From: an uncultured virus (IMG/VR IMGVR_UViG_3300031994_000070)
Lineage: Duplodnaviria > Heunggongvirae > Uroviricota > Caudoviricetes
Reading direction: 5' to 3' (one strand)
Length of the DNA stretch: 20,000 nt
IMG/VR virus record: IMGVR_UViG_3300031994_000070
Both the position numbers and the translations under genes were made by a program. Positions 1-9,721 of the stretch are shown here, piece by piece. Within the stretch, counting starts at the first letter, position 1; every line of letters starts with the position of its first letter. Below the pieces are notes generated by a model, which did not search any database, was not told where the DNA came from, and saw only the letters and a list, made by a program, of their open reading frames with translations.

Positions 1-298
1 CAATCCTTTTCGTCAGCATTTTTGCTTCAAAAGAGTCTGGATTAAAACGAGGACTAGGAACTAGTGACCCTTCTAAACTTCTAAGTGCTTTTAATTCAGT
101 CCACTTTTCTCTTTTTAACCCCTGTAATACTTTTAAGCAAGCTCTTAAATATGCTAACTCACTTCCAATTAACTGACTTTTAAAATCAGCGTCGTCCGGA
201 TGGCACTGCGCAGTTCCTACATATTCTGTATCTTTATATAAAATACTACACACTGCGACTCCATTAATTTCATCCCACTTATAATTTATTTTACTCAT
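1..298 (-). CDS. hypothetical phage protein (3' end outside window)
   Basis: ATG at 298 after GGAG RBS; open to window edge: MSKINYKWDEINGVAVCSILYKDTEYVGTAQCHPDDADFKSQLIG...; not in ORF track because truncated. Confidence 0.75.
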   Translation of the reverse strand, partial: MSKINYKWDEINGVAVCSILYKDTEYVGTAQCHPDDADFKSQLIGSELAYLRACLKVLQGLKREKWTELKALRSLEGSLVPSPRFNPDSFEAKMLTKRI

Positions 299-309
299 TT
301 AAAACTCCT

Positions 310-891
310 TTAAAGCTGCTCTTGGCACTCTATAACTTTCTGCTCCATTTCTTCAATAATAACATCTAATAATACTGGATAGCAATTTTGAGAATCAACC
401 CCCACATGATACATAAAAGGTATGTCATTGAAGAAATTTTCGTTTTGATGTGTATGCCCATAAAGATTGCATGTACACTGTTTCAAACTCTCCTTTTGGA
501 GATTAGCGGTTAATGATGGATAATGACTTAAATAAAAATGATATTTTTTATAATGTAATACATCTGCCCATTTAACATCAATTACGTTTGTGCAGGTATT
601 ATACATCACAATTCGATTATCTGTGTCATGGTTACCAGCGATAATATGAATTTTACCATTTAATCTTTCAATGAGTTTGCGATTTGTATTCAACATCTCT
701 GGAGTACCACCGCCAAGACATACATCTCCTAAAAGATATACTATATCATCATCATGCACGACAGCATTCCAACGCTCAATGATACCCTCATTCATTTCTT
801 GGACTGATTCAAATCCACGGGGCTTGTATATAAATTCTCTATCGTGATTAAAATGTAAATCGCTTGTTACAAAAATCATACTATTCCTCAT
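310..891 (-). CDS. calcineurin-like metallophosphoesterase
   Basis: Motifs SDLH, LGD, GNHD, HYP, GHTH in canonical order; overlaps the stop of the upstream kinase. Confidence 0.9.
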   Translation of the reverse strand: MRNSMIFVTSDLHFNHDREFIYKPRGFESVQEMNEGIIERWNAVVHDDDIVYLLGDVCLGGGTPEMLNTNRKLIERLNGKIHIIAGNHDTDNRIVMYNTCTNVIDVKWADVLHYKKYHFYLSHYPSLTANLQKESLKQCTCNLYGHTHQNENFFNDIPFMYHVGVDSQNCYPVLLDVIIEEMEQKVIECQEQL

Positions 892-1354
892 TAATTACAA
901 ATACTTCATCGAATCCTTCTTCTATTGAAGGCGGTATCATTCTATTAAACATACCAGTAATCGCATATGGCGGCACGTGTTCTCTACCTGTTCTACCTTC
1001 ATTACGTTTTAATGAAGTTTCTAATGGCGTTTTAACCCAAATGGCATATACATGCTCATAGGTGCCACCTTTTCGAGCAATGGCTTTTAATAATTTATTT
1101 CTTGTGCTAGGTGTTAAATTAGTCTGGTCTGCAATAACGTGATAACCATTTAATAAATTATCACATATATCTCCTACAAATTTGCGATAAGTTTCATCTT
1201 CTTTATCAAAATAACTCTCATCATCTTTTAATAAAGAAAATCTAATCGCATCTCTTGATACCCATTTAGTTTTGGGATGCTTATCGACATAGTATTTAGC
1301 AATTGTTGATTTGCCGGACGCTGGCTGTCCGCAAATTAAATATAAATTACTCAT
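881..1354 (-). CDS. P-loop kinase, AAA_33 / polynucleotide kinase-like
   Basis: Walker A GQPASGKST, SRDAIR, ADQTNLT..R and lid RNEGR motifs typical of Pnk-type kinase domains. Confidence 0.85.
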   Translation of the reverse strand: MSNLYLICGQPASGKSTIAKYYVDKHPKTKWVSRDAIRFSLLKDDESYFDKEDETYRKFVGDICDNLLNGYHVIADQTNLTPSTRNKLLKAIARKGGTYEHVYAIWVKTPLETSLKRNEGRTGREHVPPYAITGMFNRMIPPSIEEGFDEVFVINEE

Positions 1355-1535
1355 TAGTTTTCTCCATCATTAATTTACATTTACCAGTTGGTTGTTCATC
1401 GTCATAAGCCATGCAAGATGCTCCTATGCAATCCATAAATACTTCATAATAATCTGCTATAGCACTGCCATTGCCGGCGTACTTATAATCATAAACCTTT
1501 TTTTCTTTCCTAAACGGGCATTTGTTATGTTTCAT
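1347..1535 (-). CDS. small Cys-containing hypothetical protein
   Basis: 62-aa ORF downstream of promoter 1571-1599; overlaps kinase start; CPF...CxxxxC. Confidence 0.7.
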   Translation of the reverse strand: MKHNKCPFRKEKKVYDYKYAGNGSAIADYYEVFMDCIGASCMAYDDEQPTGKCKLMMEKTNE

Positions 1536-1570
1536 ACTTTTACTTCCTATATTTTTTCTATTATATATTT

Positions 1571-1599
1571 ATTATATACTTTTTTATTTAAAAAATCAA
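1571..1599 (-). promoter_or_regulatory. sigma70/sigmaA-type promoter
   Basis: TTGATT-17 nt-TATAAT on minus strand. Confidence 0.7.
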
Positions 1600-1604
1600 G
1601 CCAT

Positions 1605-1636
1605 AAAAAAAATCCCCCTCGATAAAGAGGGGGATT
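1605..1636 (-). terminator. intrinsic terminator
   Basis: Stem AATCCCCCTC/GAGGGGGATT followed by U-tract on minus strand. Confidence 0.8.
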
Positions 1637-1932
1637 GACCAATAAGGTCTATATATAAACTTATAAAGTAAGAAAGAATAGAATCTTTAAAAGCAATATT
1701 TTCTTTTATAGTGTTGAAAATATTGAAAACATTCACATCAGGAATATAGGAATTAATTGGGGAAAGAAAGTACCTATAATTCACTTTCTAATATAATATA
1801 TATAAAAATTTTTATAAAAGCAAATAATTTATGATATTTAGAATCATTTAATTATTGTTTGTCGACTTTTTTACACTAAAGCCTAAAAATGGCTGTTTCA
1901 TTCTACAAATACATAAATTATTTGCTAATAAA

Positions 1933-3051
1933 CTATATCTTGCGCAGATTCTTCTTATGAACTGCGGCGGTAACTGTTTTACCAACACCAATTACCACTC
2001 TATTTTTATTTACTTCAAATACGGTATATTGAGCATACCAAGCAATAAACTTTTTGCCTTCATAAGTAACTGCGTTTAATACCTTAACTTTATCGCCCGG
2101 TTTAAGGGTTTGCGCATCATCTGTTACCGATGGCTTTGGTTTCGCATATCTAATATCTTCTTCGTCCATCCAGCCAAGGCTACCAGTAGTATTGTAAGGG
2201 TGCTTTGCGCCAGGTATTGCACGGGTGATTTTAGTAGTTAATTCTTTAACTACTTTTCCAGCAGACTTGCTGGCATTTGAACTTACATATAATTCGCCTT
2301 TAATAATAACCTTATCTCCAACTTTAAACTTTAATTTGGGAGTTTCTTCTTTAGGTTCTGGCTTCGTTTCTTCTTTATCAAATCCATTATATTTGTTGTC
2401 TTTTATAAACTTGGGCATATCAACGTAGCAATAATCTTGGTCTACCGTTTTACCCGCAATTTTGTTTGACCTAATTACGTTCGTTTCACCGCCAAATTGC
2501 CATAAGTAGTTAACTGGTGAAGATGGTTTATTCTCCATCCAGGCAGCTACCCACTTGCCATATTTAGTAAGTTCAGATAAAGTCATTTTATTTCTAAACC
2601 AATTTAAATTTGCATAAATCACTGGATAATAATTTTTAGAAATTAAGTAATCACAGAATCCTTTTGCAGCGTCAGTTACCTTCTTCTTACTAGCCTTAGC
2701 TTGGTATACCGGGTCTTCTATATCAATAGCTATTGGATATTCAAACTGCTTGCCTTTTAAACAATTCTCATACATATATTTTGCTTCTGCTTGTCCAGCC
2801 TCATAGCTTGTTGCTCTACTGAACCAATAAGCGCCAACAGGCAGTTTTCTTTTAGTAGCTTCTTTATAGAATATTTCAAATTGATTATCTACTTTTTTAC
2901 TAACACCATCTTTGTCGCCGGTAAATCCTGCTCTTAATATTGCAAACTTAACTCCTTCTTTTATCGCTGTATCCCAATTTAAACCAGCCTGCCAAGTACT
3001 AACATCGATGCCAAAAACTGGTTTATCTATTTTATATTTTGAAATATTCAT
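1933..3051 (-). CDS. GH25 lysozyme/muramidase (endolysin-like) with C-terminal putative cell-wall-binding repeats
   Basis: GIDVSTWQ, FAILRAG, GAYWFS, DIED, WQF and VDQD motifs of GH25; KVGDKV / KPGDKV SH3-like C-terminal modules. Confidence 0.9.
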   Translation of the reverse strand: MNISKYKIDKPVFGIDVSTWQAGLNWDTAIKEGVKFAILRAGFTGDKDGVSKKVDNQFEIFYKEATKRKLPVGAYWFSRATSYEAGQAEAKYMYENCLKGKQFEYPIAIDIEDPVYQAKASKKKVTDAAKGFCDYLISKNYYPVIYANLNWFRNKMTLSELTKYGKWVAAWMENKPSSPVNYLWQFGGETNVIRSNKIAGKTVDQDYCYVDMPKFIKDNKYNGFDKEETKPEPKEETPKLKFKVGDKVIIKGELYVSSNASKSAGKVVKELTTKITRAIPGAKHPYNTTGSLGWMDEEDIRYAKPKPSVTDDAQTLKPGDKVKVLNAVTYEGKKFIAWYAQYTVFEVNKNRVVIGVGKTVTAAVHKKNLRKI

Positions 3052-3063
3052 TTAATTCCTCCT

Positions 3064-3321
3064 TTAAATCAGAGACCTTCCATATTTTTGAATGCTTGGA
3101 TATATAGCATTTATCATACCGTTATAATCGGATATTGATTCTAATGTTTCTTGAAGGTCTAACTCTTCTACTGGGTCATATAATGACTCATCGGCCTCTT
3201 GTTTTAATTGATTAATGTCATAACATATATCGGCCCTTTGATTTAATAAATCGACTATTTGCTTATCGATTTCTAATAATTCCTTATTTAGTTCTTCTTT
3301 TTTTGTATTTATATCTATCAT
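3064..3321 (-). CDS. chorismate mutase type II (AroQ)-like small protein, possibly degenerate
   Basis: EIDKQIVDLLNQR...QLK...LYDPVEE resembles the AroQ pattern IDxxIxxLLxxR...K...DPxRE; GAGG RBS. Confidence 0.55.
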   Translation of the reverse strand: MIDINTKKEELNKELLEIDKQIVDLLNQRADICYDINQLKQEADESLYDPVEELDLQETLESISDYNGMINAIYPSIQKYGRSLI

Positions 3322-3464
3322 TGCTGTTAACCTCTTAAATTAAATTAGAAGATTTTATTCTTCTGAATTTATTAAAAAATCAACGGGGCAAATTATAAGT
3401 GTTTGCTCAATGGAATTTTGATATTATAATGAAACACAAAAATAAAAGAAAAGGAGGGGAATAT

Positions 3465-5240
3465 ATGAGTTTACAAGTTTGGCTTCCTCTTACAAAAGAT
3501 TTAAGAAATCAAGGTTTAGCTACAATTGAACAATTGTCAGGGACGGCGGTTTTTAAAGATAGTGGTAAAATAGGAAATAAAAGTTTAAATTTACATAATT
3601 ATTTAACTTTTAATTGTCCTACCTTATCAGGAAAAAAGAATTTTTCATTTTGTTTTTGATATAAACCAGAGACTTCTACCTCTACAGTTAATTGAAATGA
3701 TGTAGTCGCATTTTTTGATAGTGGTGGAGGTCTGTTTAGGTTAGAAACAAGTTATGGATATAGTAATTATATTTTAAGTATGCATAATAATACCAGTTAT
3801 GCTATTTTTCCTAATAGCGGTGGTTCTTATGGGTCTAATTTAGTTATTTCTAGTGCACGAGATATTTGGTATCATGTTGCAGTTATTGTATCTGAAACTG
3901 AAGGAATCAATTGCTATATTAATAATGAACTTAAATTTACTATCGCTCATGCTGGAGGTTCAATTACAGGTAAATTTAATTTAGGAGAATATGCCAGCGG
4001 CGGCAATGAAGAGGGGAGTTTAAATGATTTCCGCATCTACGACCATTGTCTTTCTCCGATAGAAGTCAAAGAGCTTTCAAAGGGATTGGTGCTTCATTAT
4101 CCATTAAGTGATGGCAATATTGAATCAACCTATAATTATTTAGAAAATAAAAGTTTTTCAAATTATGGTAGCTATGGTTTTGGAAGTAAGGGTACTATTT
4201 CAATTACAACAGAAGTAGAACCACCAATAGCTGGAAATGAAGTGGCTTTAGTAACGAGTTCTGCAACAACAGCAGGTAATGGTGCGGTAGAAATTGCAAC
4301 TAGCATATATCCCGGCACAATTATGAACAAAGATGATACTTTCACAGTTACAGCATATGTTAAAGGAAAAGGTGCAACAATTGGTAAAAGGGCACATATT
4401 CATTTATACAATACCAATGGCACAAACACTCAATCTACTGGTAAAGATTATACTTTTACAAATGAATGGCAAAGAATTGAATACACATTAAAATGGAACT
4501 ATGATACTCCATCTAATAGTAGTTTAAATTGTTATGTAGTTGGATATATAGCTCCACAAGAGCAGTTTTATGTTAGTAGTATACAAGTTGAGAAAAAAGA
4601 CCACTCGACTCCATTCACTACAAATACAAGAACATCAACAATTATATATGATGCAAGTGGATATTGCAATAATGGTACAATAAATGGTAATTTAACTATT
4701 TCAACCGATACTCCTAAATATTCAATGTCCACTTATATGTCAAAAACTACGTTAATAACCCATCCACGTCCAGTGTTCGGAGGAACAGACCAAGAATGGA
4801 CTTGCGCAATGTGGGTTAAATTAGATAATACATCACAAGGCAGTCAAGCTATGAACAATTTTAATATATCTAATAATATTGTTCATGCTTCTAATAGTAC
4901 ACCTTTATTATATTTAAATGATGGCACAAATGATTATTATATATATGGAAGTCAAGCGGTTAGCGCTGGAGTTTGGACACATGTTACTTTTGTATTTAAA
5001 AATAGTGATGGAACAAGAAATGTCTATATTAATGGTGTATTAAAAAATAATTATGGGCCAAATAAAACATCTACCCCAAGAGGTATTCCAGATATAGTAA
5101 CTGTAGGCACAAATTTAGCTGGTTACATATCTGACTATCGGGTATATGCAACACCTTTATCAGCCGACGACATTAAATCACTCTATCAAAACGAAGCTCA
5201 ATTAGATGCATCAGGTAACGTCTTTGGCCCAATTAGATAA
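3465..5240 (+). CDS. LamG/concanavalin A-like domain protein (two LamG-like domains flanking a carbohydrate-binding-like domain), 591 aa with TGA=Trp
   Basis: AGGAGG RBS then ATG 3465; track ORFs 3399..3659 and 3780..5240 are in one frame, separated only by TGA 3657-3659 (FSFCF*YKP, where LamG has W) and TGA 3693-3695; WYHVAV, LNDFRIYD, WTHVTF and ISDYRVY LamG motifs. Confidence 0.85.
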
Positions 5241-5244
5241 AACT

Positions 5245-5280
5245 AAAACCCCTCGGTATAACCGAGGGGTTTATTTTTTT
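5245..5280. terminator. bidirectional intrinsic terminator between convergent genes
   Basis: 12-bp stem AAACCCCTCGGT/ACCGAGGGGTTT with A- and T-tracts on either side. Confidence 0.85.
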
Positions 5281-6508
5281 AGCTATGATGTTTCATTAAA
5301 TACTCTGGAGAAACGCATTTAAAAGACCTTACTCCGTCAAAAGACCTGAACACAATTCCTTCTTTCATTTTTCCATTGATGCGAGAAGTTTCGCTATTAA
5401 CATAATCACGTAACTCCTCAATAGTATCGGGTAATGTATAATTTGTATCTAGTAATGGTACTCCTGGTAATCCATAGATAGATAAGAAGGTATGCATTGC
5501 ATTTGGATTTAAACGATGATGAGTACCATCTTTATATCCAAAAATTACATTGAAAATTGCTAATTGATGGTTATTTAAACCATAATCATTATCTTGAATA
5601 CCTTTACCATAAGTTTCACCTTGAATAGTGATATACTCATATTTAGGTTCGGTGTCTAAAATATTAGTAAGCACTTGCTCAATATGATATTTGTCGCTCA
5701 TTTCTGTATATACGTTAGTATCATAGAAACCTTTTTTAGATGGTTTATCAAATGCGATATTACGAGAGCAGACTAAATATTCATATTTAGGGGCAAATGG
5801 ATTATGATTTCTTTTTAAAGTAAAAGTGGTAGAAGTGCCATCAATTTTTTCAGTTGCCATCCAAGGTGTTTTATCTTCTAATACCCAAAGCATATTTTCC
5901 ACACGCTCTTCATCGGTTTTTTTAACCCAAGCTGGCCAACCTCTTTTATCTTTTTTACGCCCAAAGAACACGAAGAGTAATTTTTTACCCCATTTACGTT
6001 TCATTAACCAATAGAATGGTTGATGTTTAAATAATTCTTTGTGGCGTTGTGCCATAGAATAATATTTATCAACACCTCTGCCTTTACGTTTGTTATCTTC
6101 AGCCACCGCATATGTAACTCCTAACTGTTTAGTTAAGAAACGAGATTCATCGTCTAAACGGTGCGCCACGCCATCAGTATCATAAATCGCTTCTGCGTCA
6201 GCAGTCCAACCAAAATTTTCAGCAGACATTAATAAACCTTGAGATAAACTTTTGCACATTTTTTGTGTTTTGATTTTATAATGTTTGCTAACTAAAAATT
6301 CCATATTGGTAAAAGGTTCTACCTCTGGTAATTTAGAGTCAATTTCAAAATAAATTGCTAAATCATTAGGTTTAAACTCACCTTTACCAACTACAACTGT
6401 CCAGCCACCGATATGCGCCAGCTCAACCCTATCATAGTTAGGAATTGGAGTTACATTATCAATTTTAATAATATATGCTAATTGTCTTACTTGTTTAGAA
6501 TCTAACAT
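5279..6508 (-). CDS. ATP-dependent RNA ligase, Rnl2/DRB0094-like, with N-terminal OB-type domain
   Basis: Motif I TEKIDGTS, IQGETYG, EGIVF and terminal FKCVS; N-terminal IPNYDRVELAHIGGWTVVV..IYFEIDS typical of the DRB0094 family. Confidence 0.9.
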   Translation of the reverse strand: MLDSKQVRQLAYIIKIDNVTPIPNYDRVELAHIGGWTVVVGKGEFKPNDLAIYFEIDSKLPEVEPFTNMEFLVSKHYKIKTQKMCKSLSQGLLMSAENFGWTADAEAIYDTDGVAHRLDDESRFLTKQLGVTYAVAEDNKRKGRGVDKYYSMAQRHKELFKHQPFYWLMKRKWGKKLLFVFFGRKKDKRGWPAWVKKTDEERVENMLWVLEDKTPWMATEKIDGTSTTFTLKRNHNPFAPKYEYLVCSRNIAFDKPSKKGFYDTNVYTEMSDKYHIEQVLTNILDTEPKYEYITIQGETYGKGIQDNDYGLNNHQLAIFNVIFGYKDGTHHRLNPNAMHTFLSIYGLPGVPLLDTNYTLPDTIEELRDYVNSETSRINGKMKEGIVFRSFDGVRSFKCVSPEYLMKHHS

Positions 6509-6535
6509 AATATTTCTCCTTTATAATATATAAAT

Positions 6536-6564
6536 ATTATAGCATATAATAAAAAAGAAGTCAA
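6536..6564 (-). promoter_or_regulatory. sigmaA-type promoter of RNA ligase
   Basis: TTGACT-17-TATAAT with TG extension; -35 lies within an inverted repeat (AAGAAGTCAA/TTGACTTCTT) at the end of the sigma gene. Confidence 0.8.
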
Positions 6565-6577
6565 GTAATTTGACTTC

Positions 6578-7402
6578 TTATAAAATACATTCTTCTCTTA
6601 ACATTTGTTTTCGTGATGGCTGTCTTAATTTAGTTAATGCCACAATTTCTAATTGTCTAACTCTTTCTTTCGTTAATCCGACTAATTGCCCAACTTCTTC
6701 TAAACTTTTTTGTACTCCGTCATCTAGCCCAAATCGTTTAATTAAAATATTCTTTTCTCTCTTGGGTAAAGTGTTTAAAATTCTCATTAACCCCTCATGA
6801 ACCGCTAAACTTTTTTCGCCTTCTTCTCCAGTCCATGCATTTGCATCTGGGATAATATCTTCCAATGAAGTATCACCATCTTCATCTATAGTTTGATTTA
6901 ATGAAGTAGGGGAGATATTTGCCGCCATAATTCGAGATATATATTCGGCATCTAATCCGGTAGCTTTGGCCAAATCCTCTAAGGTCGGGTCTACTTCTGA
7001 AGATTGAGATAATTGCGCACTTGCCGTTTTAATTGTTTGTAAATCTGCCACTACATTCGCTGGAAGTCTAATTAAACGGGATTGGTCAGTTAATATCTGT
7101 GTAAAATACTTTTTTATATAATGTCCCGCATAAGTCGCAAACCTCGCTCCCTGTGTATAATCATACTTACCAGCTGCTTCTATTAATCCTAAATTTCCTT
7201 GCTGAATTAAATCAATTAATTCAATTCCTTTATCATGATACGGTTTACTTAAAAATACTACTAATCTTAAATTCGATATAATTAATTCTTCTTTTGCTTT
7301 TTCGTCCCCTTGTAAAATACGTTTGCTTAACTCCATCTCTTGATTTGCATCAAGTAATGGGAACTGTTTAATTTCATCTAAATATTCAGCAATACTATTC
7401 AT
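6578..7402 (-). CDS. phage-encoded sigma70-family (RpoD/RpoS-like) sigma factor lacking region 1.1
   Basis: Region 1.2 YLDEI..PLL; region 2 SNLRLV / DLIQQGNLGL / RFATYA; region 4 RFGL...LEEVG...LTKERVRQLE..AL.KLR. Confidence 0.92.
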   Translation of the reverse strand: MNSIAEYLDEIKQFPLLDANQEMELSKRILQGDEKAKEELIISNLRLVVFLSKPYHDKGIELIDLIQQGNLGLIEAAGKYDYTQGARFATYAGHYIKKYFTQILTDQSRLIRLPANVVADLQTIKTASAQLSQSSEVDPTLEDLAKATGLDAEYISRIMAANISPTSLNQTIDEDGDTSLEDIIPDANAWTGEEGEKSLAVHEGLMRILNTLPKREKNILIKRFGLDDGVQKSLEEVGQLVGLTKERVRQLEIVALTKLRQPSRKQMLREECIL

Positions 7403-7421
7403 TCTTTCTTTATTCCTTCCT

Positions 7422-7736
7422 TTATGACTTTAAATCGCCATCCGTTTCCATAGAGGCTAATGTTATTTCCTCAATAAGTTTACAACATTTTTCTACTGAT
7501 TCAGCCATTAATACCACATGTCCAATAGCCTGAAACGAAATTATATTTGTTCTCTCTGTTGGTATAAGATTAAAACCAACATGGCCATCAATTCATCCTA
7601 ACGTAAAATCAAAAATACTTGTATAATCATTATACGTCAAAACTACCCGACCGTGGTCATTCCTTATATTTACTAAATAAGGTGAACACTCTTCGGGCAC
7701 TGATTTTGCAATCACATACATATCTAATTCACGCAT
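7422..7736 (-). CDS. hypothetical protein, 104 aa with one TGA=Trp
   Basis: ATG 7736 after AAGGA RBS and promoter; frame open to TAA 7422 except TGA at 7593-7595 (FTLG*IDGH); fills the gap up to the sigma gene RBS. Confidence 0.75.
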
Positions 7737-7769
7737 TTATTTTTTCCTTTTCATTATTATTCTATTATA

Positions 7770-7798
7770 ATTATAACACTTTATGAATAAATTGTCAA
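7770..7798 (-). promoter_or_regulatory. consensus sigmaA promoter upstream of the hypothetical+sigma operon
   Basis: TTGACA-17-TATAAT with TG extension. Confidence 0.85.
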
Positions 7799-7806
7799 CT
7801 ATTTTT

Positions 7807-8112
7807 TTAAATTTCTCCTAATAGTTGTAATTCACTAATTTTTTCTGAAAAATCTCTCTCTATCAGTTTTCTTGATTCAGAATAATCGCACTTATATCGT
7901 AACTCTTTAGTGCTATATTCAAGTTCTACTAAATATGTTTCTTGAGCGGGGATATATGCTACAGATAAAACCCCATCTGTCCATCCATCTGGCATTGGAG
8001 AATCTAATTTAATTGTATAATAAACTCCATCAGCTCTTTCTTTTAGAATAATTTCTGTAATACTATCATAATATTTAGTAGGTATAATTTTAATTGCTGT
8101 TTTTAATTTCAT
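7807..8112 (-). CDS. hypothetical protein
   Basis: 101-aa ORF with AAGGAG RBS. Confidence 0.7.
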   Translation of the reverse strand: MKLKTAIKIIPTKYYDSITEIILKERADGVYYTIKLDSPMPDGWTDGVLSVAYIPAQETYLVELEYSTKELRYKCDYSESRKLIERDFSEKISELQLLGEI

Positions 8113-8187
8113 CTTTTTCTGTTTCTCCTTCTGCTCAATTTTACTATTTTTTTTAATGAAAAAAAAATAATTTCTCGATGTGAGAAA

Positions 8188-8592
8188 TTATTTAGTTAAG
8201 ACCATAAATCCTAAATTATATATCCATATATCTTTATCATCAACTTTGAAATGGGTGAAATCTTGATGTTGTTCAACAATAGTAATAGTAGTGCCAGTAA
8301 AAAAATGTAATGGGGCGCCAGTAGTGGTAAAAATAGTTAAAATTTTATTACCGCCTACATATGCGTCATTAACTTCTTCTGACCATATTTCCTTAAAAGC
8401 TGATACGTCTATAGATTTTGAAGTTGAATCATCAAAAATAATAACGGGCACGTGGCTTAATGTTAATTTTTGACCAGCGCCAGAGGTTATAGAAATCCAC
8501 TCACCTATATCGTTATATTGAACATCAACTTGTGAATAAAATAATTTAATTGGACTTGTTTCTATTGTGTTTAATATCTTAATGTTATACAT
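8188..8592 (-). CDS. hypothetical protein
   Basis: Track ORF 8188..8622; start trimmed to ATG 8592 because the upstream part is a terminator-like hairpin; start uncertain. Confidence 0.6.
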   Translation of the reverse strand: MYNIKILNTIETSPIKLFYSQVDVQYNDIGEWISITSGAGQKLTLSHVPVIIFDDSTSKSIDVSAFKEIWSEEVNDAYVGGNKILTIFTTTGAPLHFFTGTTITIVEQHQDFTHFKVDDKDIWIYNLGFMVLTK

Positions 8593-8635
8593 AGCAAAAA
8601 AAAAGAGGGCGCAATGGCCCATGGTGAATAAGTAC

Positions 8636-8711
8636 TGGTGATTCGTACAGGATTTGAACCTATGTCTCCGGCCTGAGAAACCGACGTGCTGAGCCTCTAC
8701 ACAAACGAACC
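8636..8711 (-). tRNA. tRNA-Glu(CUC)
   Basis: Cloverleaf GGTTCGT/ACGAATC, loop TT-CTC-AG, GTTCAAATC, ACCA; own promoter TTGATT-17-TATAAT at 8734-8762. Confidence 0.88.
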
Positions 8712-8844
8712 TTATCTTTAACTTTCTATAATTATTATATCAAATTTTTTTATAAAAATCAAATATTTCGCGTACGCCGGCTGTCACGGGGGCCCAAGGA
8801 AGGTGGACCGCTTGAATTCCACAACTAACTATATTACTTATTTA

Positions 8845-9384
8845 TTAGGGCCATTCTCCAAGTGGCATTCCAAGCTGACCGCGTTCAACATCTGTGTTGA
8901 AGAATACACCTTGTACAGCAGGACCGGTAAGAATTTCTTCGGCAATATCCTGATAGAGTGTACTAATTACTCCATGGCAATCATTAAGGTTATCATTAAA
9001 GAACTGAACTACACAATTCTTAAAGACAACGTATACCATTGAGAACCAGGCATAACCATCATCAGCAGGTGCGGCGGCATAAGCAAATGCAGGATTCTTA
9101 TAGAAAGCCGTTTCAAACAGTTCTTTCTTTGTAGTGAAAGCGCGATTGCTGGGTTTACCATCTACACCAATCTTAAGAGTGACACCACCAAATGTGACTT
9201 CTTCTGGCAGAATCTGAAGAAGAGCGGCTACTTTATCGCCATTATTACATGCGAGAATAATGGACGGATTAGGTGCTTCCCAAACTACGTTACACGCAAT
9301 CTGTGGGTCACCGTCAAAAAGAGCCTCAACCTTATGAATGTAAGTAATCCAAGGAGGCGAAATTTTGAGTCTAACTTCTGACAT
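8845..9384 (-). CDS. hypothetical protein
   Basis: 179-aa ORF, AGGAG RBS, somewhat higher GC than neighbours. Confidence 0.8.
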   Translation of the reverse strand: MSEVRLKISPPWITYIHKVEALFDGDPQIACNVVWEAPNPSIILACNNGDKVAALLQILPEEVTFGGVTLKIGVDGKPSNRAFTTKKELFETAFYKNPAFAYAAAPADDGYAWFSMVYVVFKNCVVQFFNDNLNDCHGVISTLYQDIAEEILTGPAVQGVFFNTDVERGQLGMPLGEWP

Positions 9385-9427
9385 ACGTTAAATTCTCCTT
9401 TTTTTATTATGAACAATACGTTGCAAA

Positions 9428-9502
9428 TGGAGCTGGCGGAGGGAATCGAACCCCCAACCTGCTGATTACAAATCAGCTGCTCTACCGTTGAGCCACGCCA
9501 GC
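9428..9502 (-). tRNA. tRNA-Thr(UGU)
   Basis: GCTGA-TT-TGT-AA-TCAGC anticodon arm, GGTTCGATTCC, CCA. Confidence 0.95.
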
Positions 9503-9513
9503 ATAACGTGGAA

Positions 9514-9720
9514 TTAATTCCAATTCCACAGGCTATATATTGCTCCTGCTCCTCCAAGGACAAATCCTAATAAAAAGAGCATAAATTCTGTAAACCATAC
9601 TAATGTACAAAAAGTGCCATCTTTAAATTGCGAATTAAAAAGTGATTTAAACCCACAAAACGTACATAGTATGGTAAACAAAATTAACAAACTAAAATAT
9701 ACTTTTAATACTATATCCAT
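9514..9720 (-). CDS. small membrane protein (2 TM)
   Basis: Two hydrophobic segments in 68 aa; third of three coupled small hydrophobic ORFs. Confidence 0.65.
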   Translation of the reverse strand: MDIVLKVYFSLLILFTILCTFCGFKSLFNSQFKDGTFCTLVWFTEFMLFLLGFVLGGAGAIYSLWNWN

Positions 9721-9721
9721 T

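Noticed and set aside
1640..1930. Replication origin or ORF 1596..1784
   Set aside because: AT-rich, but no iterons or DnaA-box cluster seen; the ORF runs through a terminator
3399..3780. LamG, amidase and 19084-19887 genes as nonsense pseudogenes
   Set aside because: All interruptions are TGA, there are no frameshifts, and some fall at conserved Trp positions; recoding is more parsimonious
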